Below the pieces are notes generated by a model. That model saw nothing but the letters and a program-made list of their open reading frames with translations. It made no database searches and was not told the DNA's origin. A DNA stretch of 64,000 bases from Tubiluchus corallicola (taxonomy: Eukaryota > Animalia > Priapulida): NCBI GenBank assembly GCA_030141605.1, contig JAQGDQ010000165.1, forward strand, positions 124,001-188,000, written 5' to 3'. Each line of letters opens with the position of its first letter. Position 1 is the stretch's first letter. Shown here one piece after another: positions 1 to 64,000 of the stretch. A program made the translations under genes and the position numbers.

Positions 1-744
1 TTTGTTTGGTGTTTAAGTTAATTCTTTTTTCATAATAGTACCTTGTACACTCAGTCCCTGACGATAGTATTTCATTCTTTAAGCAGACATAGACGGGCAG
101 ACAAAGACAGAAAGATAGATAGAGAAAGAGAGGGTGAGAGAAAGAAAGAGAAAGAGAGAGAGAGAGAGGGAGGGAAGGAGAGAGAGACGAACTAAGGCCT
201 TCCTTTTTTGCCATGGCTGAGCAAGCTTGATTTTTCAAGTTTAGCGTAATTTTTATTGTTTCTTTGCCGTGGCATCCATTCAGGCAGGCCCATAGACATA
301 ATTATTAGAAACAGCCCACATGGATAAACGAGGGAACCTGACGCCTAGCAAAGGTGATTTATCTTCTAAAATAGTCCGCCTCATTATTAATCATATTCAA
401 AAAGGATGAGATGACGATGAACAGCCCACTTCTTGTCATATTTACTGTCAAAGCCCAACATGTCTACTAGCTTGATCACAATTGAGATGATTGGTAATAG
501 CCTGTTATATGGCTTCATTTAGACTTCGATCTGGGTTTATTCAAACTCCCTGGCGCCGCTGAACATATCAAATTAGCATCTAAGCACATTTCCTAAGCTG
601 ACTCCTTAGCCTTCAGGACTAACTGGGTGTATATTTAGTCGGGCTTCTTTCAGATTAGTTCTAAAAGCGCAAAAAGTTCAGAAGTAGCTTTTCCAGTATG
701 GTCAACTTCTGTGATATTATCTTTTTTTGTTGTCATCGTATTGC

Positions 745-835
745 CATTGTTGTTGTTGTTGTCGTTGCTGTAGCTGTTGCTGTTGTCGTTGTCGTTGTGG
801 CTGTGGCTGTCGTTGTCGTTGTCGTTGTTATCGTT
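745..835. repeat. (GTT/GTC)n microsatellite
   Basis: Direct reading. Confidence 0.9.
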
Positions 836-1459
836 CCTGTTTTTGATAACTTAAGACGATGAACGATAAAATTACGATGATGACGACAGTCACGAGACGT
901 AGAAAACTGAACAAAACTGTCAAAACAATTAATGAATGGTTGATGGGAAAGGACGTCTGCAACATTTACCATATGAGAAGATATGTCACGTTTATTAGCC
1001 ACTATTTATTCTCGAAATATAATAAATTGTCAGAAGACGAAACTGCAACTTCAAACTGACTTTGATGAATTCAAGTATAAAATTTTTGACGTTTATTGCA
1101 AATGTCGAGTGTGCAAAGCTACAGCATAATGACTGGCTGGGGAATTCACAAGTGAAACTCACATCAAAGAGCCATTGAAACATTCAACAGTTTGAGAAAC
1201 TCAAGTGCAAACGGGCACCTTGGAGCAGACGAAAACGCCATAAAGGGCAAAAGTATAGAATTTCTGTGTAAACTTTAAGGAGGAAGCTTTGTTTTTAATT
1301 AGCTGAGGTAAAGAGTTGATTGATCTTCAATTGAGCATGTTTTTGGTGAATAGAACGTGCTGTTATGTCTAGATTAATGACAACGCTGAGTTAACTTTCT
1401 TTCTGTTATTAAAAACAAAGTTTTAAAGAAACTGTTTTGCAGTGAAAAATAGCCAGTGT

Positions 1460-2014
1460 TTAAAGGAAAACCGGATGATTGTGTAAACATTAATTCAGAA
1501 TAAAGCATGCTCTAAAATATTGAAAATTACAATAGCTTTTTTTAAATCGAAGCTTAGGTTAAATAATAATTACCTCGGATACTCAAATTTTGTTAAACTT
1601 TCAAAGCTACGGGCGGCTCAGTGAATGTACTAAGACTGGCATTGGCGCACTTTTGTCCCATGCGCGTGGCCGACAAATAGAAGGCGGTACCGTGATAACC
1701 ATGATCATGAACTGCAGTATCAGTTTCTGACGTCATATGACGTAGAGCCCTTTTTCGTGATATTACGCGTTTAAGCAGTACTGTAACAATGACGCAAACG
1801 TGCTTGACGCGCAACGGAGATGCCTGCCATTGCACAAACTGTGGTTAGTTTCTGAACTTAGCGATAGCTGTGTTCGGTTGCCGTTAATTAACTTTCTAAG
1901 CTAATTATTCAAATATAAGAAACAATTGCTAACTTTTATAGTCAAGAAAATGTATATTTTGGACAGTAAATTAAAATGAGATTGAGTCTAAACAATCGTC
2001 CACTTTTCCTTTAA
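1460..2014 (+). mobile_element. TTAA-flanked MITE family A (Kolobok/T2-like)
   Basis: TTAA-aggaaaaccggatgatt ... aatcgtccacttttcct-TTAA; homologous copies at 7.9 kb and 29.4 kb. Confidence 0.85.
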
Positions 2015-2020
2015 ATTCGG

Positions 2021-2750
2021 AACGCCGAAGTTTAGACTACAGTACTATTAAAAGAATTTCCCTATAAAGTTGAAATTTTACAACCTGATTTGCAATACAT
2101 TAACTTTTGGCTGTGGAAGTTACAAGTCTACAGTTTTACTGATTTTAAAGTTACGGCTGCGAAACTTTACCATGTTAAAAAATTAAATGCCGGAACAATA
2201 TTAGCCAATCATCCACTGAAAAACAGCCATGTTGACGTATAAAATCTCAATACATGACAGGAAAACAATAAACAAATCAATCAGTTTACATCATGATCTT
2301 CACCACAGAAAATAAAGTTCTGTAAGAGATTTGTTGTAAAAGAAAAAATGGGACTTAATCATCTGGAATATGCTATCTGGAGTTCCCTTAAAGAAAAATT
2401 GTACAATGGCCGCACAGAACCGTTTGATGTAAAGGAACTAAAGACGAAATTGTTGAGTCCCAGGATTAACTATATCTTAAAAAGCGAGAAATTGTATCAG
2501 TTACTGGGAGAAATGATTCGCCTAGCTTGCAGTGGACGTGATGGACACATAGAGCACTTGCTGTGAATTTAAAATTAGTAACACAACTTTTTTCGGCTTG
2601 AATTTTTTGACTTGTTGATTTAAATTTTCTGTACCTTCGGACAAATCCAAGAAAATATCTGATGTTTGTACATAAACACCTGTAACATCAATTTTCAAGA
2701 AAATTCTGTTATAATCGTGCAATACACAATATTCAGCACATATAATCTTC
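2021..2750 (+). mobile_element. Tc1/mariner-derived non-autonomous element with transposase C-terminal remnant (2348-2566)
   Basis: The ORF reads GLNHLEYAIWSSLKEKLY...KELK...GHIEHLL*, matching the (SP)DLNP.D..IW..LK..VY...GGHIEH end of Tc1/mariner transposases. A homologous copy lies at 43.4-44.3 kb. Confidence 0.7.
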
Positions 2751-3240
2751 AGCACACATTGTGTTTGTTATAAATTATGGTTTTATAATCAAATATTATT
2801 GTTTTTGTTATCAATTATGGTTTTATTACTTTTTTTTAATCAAATACGCTTAAAAAGAGCCATGGATTTGTAAGGACGTGTTCCTGTATGCGTTGTTTTT
2901 TTAAGTATATGATTTGTTAATTGTATTTTTTTTCGTGTTTTGTAAAATAATGCTAAACGCACACGGCATTAATTTAAAAGAACACGACACAACTAAGATG
3001 TCATTTAATGTTTTAACAAAGTTTGTCTTAAAAAAATTATATTTTATTCTGTTTTGCATATTTTAAAGTGTAAATAAGTGTCTACTATAATATCTAGAAA
3101 ACTGTTCAGCATTTTTTTATCTGACAGATTTTAATTTATCTGACATAATTTGATTTCAGCAAAATTTATAGTGTCAAGGTGTCAGCAAACATTCAATTTT
3201 TATTGAGTTAATTTTTGATTAGAATTTAAATCAGGAGTCG

Positions 3241-3839
3241 TTAAAGGAAGACAGGATGATTTTTCATATGCTACCCCATTTTCAAATACGGTAAAAAAGC
3301 ACATATTTTAACAGCAATAACACTACAAAAGCGTTTGTGATAATCAAATAATAGATTATAATCTTAATTATTGATGACATCACAAACTAACATAATTTTC
3401 AACAACAAAAATATTCCACGAGCGTGTTGCGCGTGTTTGTGAAATCGAAAATTGAAGCACAGTGCAACTGTAAGATATTCAGTGTGTTGTACTAAAACTA
3501 GGCAAGTTTGAAGACAAAAATTCAAATTTCAAATTTACTGCTGTGCTCGTTGAGCTGTTGAACAGTTCGTCACAAACTAACACATCTAAAATGAGAGGTA
3601 CAGCACCTGTTTATTGTGCAGCACTTTCCGAAATGCACGCGCTAGTGCCCGTCTAACTAGTAAATTGTGAAATGCATGTAACAGCGGAAAACTAGTGACG
3701 CGAACGTGAAATTGTGTTTGTGTGGTAATAATTCTTGCACATAAGTCATTTTTGAAAAAAATAGTACATTTCCTTTCAATATTTTAAACAGTAGATCACT
3801 TTGACTTATAGTTTAAGATTGGGCCTGGTTTTGCTTTAA
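3241..3839 (+). mobile_element. TTAA-flanked MITE family B (Kolobok/T2-like)
   Basis: TTAA-aggaagacagg ... cctggttttgct-TTAA; the internal motif gaggtacagcacctg is shared with the four other full copies. Confidence 0.85.
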
Positions 3840-4396
3840 CGCAAATTTTAATACGTAGCTACAGATATATACAGGATAGTTTGACAGGTACCAAAGCAGT
3901 CATACGAGTCAGTCAATAATTTTAAATTGAACAAAGCTGGCTTATATACATAATTAGCACAGGGTTTAATTTCAATTTCATTTGTAAAAGACGAGTAATT
4001 TCATCATGTTTGGTTAGACAGACATTTCATTTCACAGATACTGAATTTTACGGACTATAGATGAGATAGTAGCAAAAGTCATCAACCTTAGTTTTACACT
4101 TTAACATGAAATTTAAGAGTCAGACTAAAATTACTTGGCTATTTTCCTTCGTGTTAGAACACCGTGTTAACTCAGCTGTGGAGAAGTCTACTCTTTCGTC
4201 TGAGTAAACATTATTATTTGCAAACGAAACTCTTTCTTGTCTGCAAGTCTGAAAAGATCTCTATCATCTTGGAATATTATCTGCTGTCTATCGCATCATG
4301 ACTTTATTGTTCGTCTTATGAATTTGAATCCCTGAGTCCGGAATCTGCTAACTCAATTTTCTTTCTAAATCCCTCAATTTAGTAGCGGTTCGTATT

Positions 4397-4615
4397 GCTT
4401 GTGTAGTCTGTAGGGCGGACGTAAGATGGAAGTAGATTGTGTAGTCTGTAGGGCGGACGTAAGATGGAAGTTGAATGTGTAGTTTGTCGGGCGGACGTAA
4501 GATGTGAGTTGCTTGTGTAGTCTGTGAGGCGGACGTAAGATGGAAGTTGATTGTGTAGTCTGTGGGGCGGACGTAAGATGGAAGTTGCTTCTGTTGTCTG
4601 TGGGACGGGTAAGGT
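4397..4615. repeat. Minisatellite, ~38-bp unit ttgtgtagtctgtagggcggacgtaagatggaagttga, ~6 copies
   Basis: Direct tandem repetition of ggcggacgtaagatg. Confidence 0.92.
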
Positions 4616-4625
4616 GCTCGTCTTC

Positions 4626-5090
4626 TTAAAGCAAACGAAAACTCTTCATAAACGAAGCTTAAAAATTCGTTTTGAGATTTTGTATCACTTGCACGCGGTC
4701 TTATTGCATACAGAAATTGTATTAGCAGTAACGCTGTATAAAACTTAAAATTTAAACTCCAGCTGTGACCGTTAGGCACAGCCATTTTGATGTAACTCGT
4801 TTGAAACAAGTTTAGATAACATTGGGTAAAGATCGAAAAAATAATAAGAGCATTCCAAGTGCACACTTCACTAACTAAGCAAAAGTATAAATTACTTTGT
4901 ATTTTTGTGTTTTTGGTGAGCCAGTGGTGCACACTGGGAAGGTGACGCAGTGCCGTTTTACCAGGTAGCGTCAACATTTTAAATTATTAAACATTTTGTT
5001 TTCCAAATCACATAAGTCTTTCATACAGGTAAGCATAATGCTAAATAATATAATTTTATATGGATAGTTTTCTGGGAAAGACGATTTCTT
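4626..5090 (+). mobile_element. Interspersed repeat family E (TTAA-bounded, probable MITE)
   Basis: Core tgaccgttaggc.cagccatttt...gtttgaaacaagtttagataacattg shared with the 9.7, 13.0 and 41.3 kb copies. Confidence 0.75.
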
Positions 5091-5752
5091 GTAAAGCCAA
5101 TTCATAAGCATTGCGTTACTTGTAAACAAGTCTTACCTAAACATAACCAAAGCATTGATGGTGAATATTCATTATTTTTCAATGCACTTTTCATGTATTC
5201 TTTGCATTATTATTTGCACATTAGCAGACGTAAGTGAAAAAGATTGTTACGAATAATTAGGTGCCGCAACAAGTTGGCAGTTGGCAGTTTTCTAAATGGT
5301 TTTAATAAGATGCAGTTGACTGTATGAAATATCGTAATCATCAGCCTCTTAAATCAACTCGTTAAATCCGAGATTTGATTACATTGCAATGGAAAAGATA
5401 ACGAAAAAAACATAAAAACCAGAAATATCAATAATGATTTTAATATTGCAAATGACTGAGTTATTATGATTACGAAGCAATGATTATTTTTTAAGAAAGT
5501 TATTGCTCTCTTGAGGCTCGTAACTAAAATTTTATGATTCAGCCAGTGAGCAAAGCTTTACTTTTGGAATGAATTTAGGACACCGTTGAAAATGGCACTA
5601 ATTTTTAGACACTGACGTGTTTAAATGTACGCTTTTTATTGGCAAAAAATACGAAAAAAATAACAAAAATTTTCATACAATACTGAGTAACCATGTGTGA
5701 CAAACGATTCTTTAACAGTTCACAGTGTCTTTCTTTGAAGATGGTTGATAAT

Positions 5753-6101
5753 CAGGGTTGGATTATGACATTTTGGGATCCCCAAGCTAATGAAATTATG
5801 GAGGGGGGCACCCTCTAACTGGCTCGCGAACCTCTTGAATATTTTTATTCGCGATACATTTTAGTCGCATTTACATAGTTTGAAATAAACCTATTGCAAA
5901 TTCTTTAAATAAACTAGAATAGCTATTATTTGTTTGTCAATAAAATATTCTTTAAGAAATACCACTATTTTACTATTTATTATAAGCCAAAAACCATTTC
6001 AACACAACCGTAGTGTAAAACAGATTTTTTAGCAAATTTTGCCAAAGCCTGAGGAGCCCTAGGCTGCAGCCGATGCTAGCCTATCGAATAATCTGGCCTT
6101 G
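5753..6101 (+). mobile_element. hAT-like MITE family J
   Basis: cagggttggatta ... taatctggccttg; degenerate 8-bp TSD ttgataat/gtgataac; homologous to 45848-46211. Confidence 0.72.
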
Positions 6102-6372
6102 GTGATAACAATAGCCTTACGCCTGTTTGCTTTGAAAATGTGTTGTTAACATCCAGTTTAGAATGAAAACTTGGTGCACGTGGGACTCTTTCTGAATGGC
6201 TAATGTTGAACGTTAAAAGTTGACATTGTGCTTACGACCTGGCTTTATTTAATTTTAGAATGAGTTCGTTGCATTTGAAACAATAAGAGGCCCCTCTACT
6301 GTGAGTACCAGACGTCTTCTGCAAAAAATAAACTTTTCTTAAAAACTTTAATTTACAACTGTTTAAAAACTC

Positions 6373-6417
6373 GTCCAAACGTTTGGACAACAATCAGTTG
6401 TCATCATCAGTGGTAAC
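6373..6417 (-). ncRNA. Degenerate hammerhead motif (GAAA>CAAA), with compensatory stem II change
   Basis: Minus strand reads cca CTGATGA t gacaac tgatt gttgtc cAAA cgtt tggac. Stem II has A-U where the other copies have G-C; the catalytic G12 is lost. Confidence 0.55.
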
Positions 6418-6668
6418 ACTATACAAACAACCAGTTTAAATAGCTACAGTATAGAAAATTATGCACCAATTATGTATTTACAAAAAAACCAAAGTAATGA
6501 ATAAACAAATTTGCAGAAAAGAAATGGCTATATATCTGTTATTGTATTTATTTCTTTTCTATAGGTTTGTTTGTTAATTACTGTGGCTTCTTTGCAAATA
6601 CATGATTAGTGCATAATTTTGTATACTGTAGGCTCTGCTTATATAAGCTGGTTTGATGTTTGTATAGT

Positions 6669-6712
6669 GTACCACTGATGATGACAGCTGATTGCTGTCG
6701 AAACATTTGGAC
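6669..6712 (+). ncRNA. Minimal hammerhead ribozyme motif, variant (GAAACATT instead of GAAACGTT)
   Basis: Identical to the 55.1 kb motif except G>A at 6705, which breaks the helix III palindrome. Confidence 0.65.
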
Positions 6713-6932
6713 ATGTTTTTAAACATTTGAAATTAAAATTTTTAATAAAAGTTGTGTTGTTTCAATAAGAAATTAAACTCTTCCCAAAACTATCAAAAAT
6801 GGTTTGCGGAGCTCTCTGCCAGCCGAAAGAGGGCGCATTAGTTTCGCACTTCTCAATGTTAACATCTTTAACTTGTTTTTGACAGGCGAAGATTTTGCAA
6901 ATGAGGCAGCAGTGACATGTGATACGTTCAAA

Positions 6933-62018
<55,086 letters not shown>

Positions 62019-62117
62019 GTCAGCGAAACTATAAAGCTTCGTTCGCATTATCGTGACTGACAATCACAAATACATGTTGATAGAAAACCAGCTAGCAGTT
62101 TAATCTGTCACTCAATT

Positions 62118-62300
62118 GGTAAATCAATCAATAAATCAATCGACCGACTGGCACGACTGACCAACCAACCAATCAACCAACAACTAACTACAAACCAGCC
62201 AATCAACCAACCAGCCAACCACAACCAACCAAGCAGCCCATCAACTAACTGACTGAGTGACTGATTGACCAACTGATCAAACAAGCAACAACCAAACAAC
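62118..62300. repeat. (CCAA/CTGA/TCAA)n degenerate microsatellite
   Basis: Direct reading. Confidence 0.8.
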
Positions 62301-62786
62301 AAATTTTGCGATCATTTATTCCAGTCTGTCGCTAAAATATCACAAATGCAAATAGTAAACATTTTGTGAAAATATCGATTTGTAGTTTTGTCTTAAACGA
62401 TTGTCAATTTAACAGTAGTCATCAGTTTATTAATTTAATGATTGGTAATTAATTTAGAGATGTTTGGTTTGACAGATTGACAAGGCAAACTTCGTTGAAT
62501 AAGTTTATTCATTGTTTTACGTAAACGATCAGCCATTCTATACGTAAACACGCACTTTATGTATGAGATTACGTAAAGTGGCTATTATAACGCTTTTAGC
62601 GCCACCTGGTTTGGAGTTAGTGCAAATGATTGAGTGAGATTAAAGGTGGATTAATAAGCAAGTATTTTATACAAGTTTCAGTTTGTTAGAGGGTGAGAAA
62701 TGTTACAGTGAAATTTTAAGCAATACCATAGAATAGTTTCGCGGGGTTTAAAAATACAAGCACTTGATTCAAGTGACAGTATTACT

Positions 62787-63344
62787 TTAAAGGAAACGAC
62801 AAAACACTCAATATGATGGGATTATTTTACTGTTATCGCTTAAACTTAGAAAAATATAACAAAGAAAACTGCAAAGAACTGCCTATAAAGCATAAATTTA
62901 AGATATACTACCTCTGAATAGAAATTTTCTGACCTGGTGGTTGCCGTTATTCATTTGGAAATTATGACGTAGCTGGGAGACTTCGTGACTTTTCGTAAGC
63001 GCGTCGTAACTTTTCGTAAGCTTAAACTAAGTCTAACTTCTGCAGTTTACCTAATGTACACGCAGAAATATAACAAAATTAGCTATATAATTATTCTGTA
63101 AAAACTTATTATACTTTTGATGAAAAATTGACCGTGTGCTGATTTCTTCAAAATGAATAACGTCTTTGGTGAAAGAATGGGCATTGAAAATGGGAACGCC
63201 CAAGCATGAAATAGTCTCGATTTTTAAAGTGATTTTACTAATTACATAAGGCGCTTATTGCAGTTTTATTACTAAATGCTTCTAACATTTTTCGCGAATA
63301 TTGAGAAAAAATTGACTTTCCAGAAGACTTGACCTTTCGTTTAA
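62787..63344 (-). mobile_element. MITE family C, reverse, full length
   Basis: TTAA-aggaaacgacaa ... cttgacctttcgt-TTAA. Confidence 0.83.
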
Positions 63345-63618
63345 GGCTAAAATTGTAAAAATTGATAAATAAATTGTTAATTTTTCTGTTTTCTGTTACA
63401 AACGCGTGTAATCCATTATACGTCTTTCCATGTGTGAATGTGAAGCTATACGAGGGATTGGGGCATATTACCTTTTCGGAGCGTGTGCCATGCGACTTTT
63501 GCAAAATGTATTTATAATTATGTAAATTGTGCAATAGTTCGTTGAGAAAATCACTTCAAGGTGGTCACAAATAACCAAAGTCACATCTTGCTGGAGCAAC
63601 ATCACTATTCGTAGTTAT

Positions 63619-64000
63619 AGTCCGGTCCGTTTAGGTCAAATTTTAGCGAAATGGAGACTGACTAGATACCGCTACCAAACTTTCAGGAATGATTCTTTAA
63701 GCCATTCTAACAGCGTTTTGAACATTTTTACAAAATTTCGCGTTTTAGCCACTTCGTGTGTTCCAAGGTCACTAATCATACCACCAAATGAAAACCCACG
63801 TATAAGTTCTCATCCCTAATAGTACCCAAGCGTCTATCTGTGAACGTTTTGGAGTTATAAGCGTGCAAAGTGCAAAACAATTTCTAGACATTTTATTGTC
63901 CCGGGACAGCGGGCTAGCATGCAAAATTTTGTAAAAATGCCCAAAACGTTGTTAGAATGGCCTAAAGAATCATTCCTGAAAGTTTGGCAGTTGTGTCCAG
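63619..64000. mobile_element. Long-TIR MITE cut by window end
   Basis: ccaaactttcaggaatgattcttta.gccattctaaca (~63675-63712) is mirrored at ~63950-63988. Confidence 0.72.

Larger units (their letters stand above)
6325..6763. mobile_element. Inverted pair of Penelope pLTR-like repeats (family F): arm 1 ~6325-6527 (-), arm 2 ~6531-6763 (+)
   Basis: The arms are diverged reverse complements and match copies at 25.8 kb and 55.0 kb. Each has a TATA-like motif and a hammerhead; the + arm has AATAAA downstream. Confidence 0.7.

Noticed and set aside
190-720. Possible RT remnant on minus strand (similar coding-like decay at ~21350-21950, ~33980-34560, ~38400-39990)
   Set aside because: Only vague motif resemblance with many stops; a BLASTX search would be needed before calling them.
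4348-4977. 209-aa minus-strand ORF
   Set aside because: It is made of repeat family E plus the 38-bp minisatellite, with no recognisable domain.

Overview
AT-rich, repeat-dense invertebrate (animal) genomic DNA, read by eye without tools. It contains the 5' part of one + strand protein-coding gene, an Eph receptor tyrosine kinase. Seven coding exons can be joined by GT-AG introns into a 506-codon open frame: signal peptide, ephrin ligand-binding domain, sushi/Cys-rich region, EGF-like motif, FN3-1 and most of FN3-2. The gene runs off the right end before the TM and kinase exons. Intron 2 is about 37.4 kb and intron 3 about 13.2 kb. The introns hold non-autonomous DNA transposons (four TTAA-flanked Kolobok/T2-like MITE families, PIF/Harbinger-like, hAT-like and Tc1/mariner-derived elements), degraded LINE fragments, a tRNA-derived SINE, microsatellites and a 28-bp satellite. 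The most notable non-obvious signal is a ~230-bp Penelope-pLTR-like repeat (4 copies) carrying a minimal type I hammerhead ribozyme motif. One copy with an intact core lies in sense orientation in Eph intron 3. Two copies form a fold-back just upstream of the first coding exon and show a compensatory base-pair change in stem II. Exon coordinates were counted to the base. Repeat boundaries are approximate unless a TSD or TIR is quoted, and superfamily assignments are inferred from termini.
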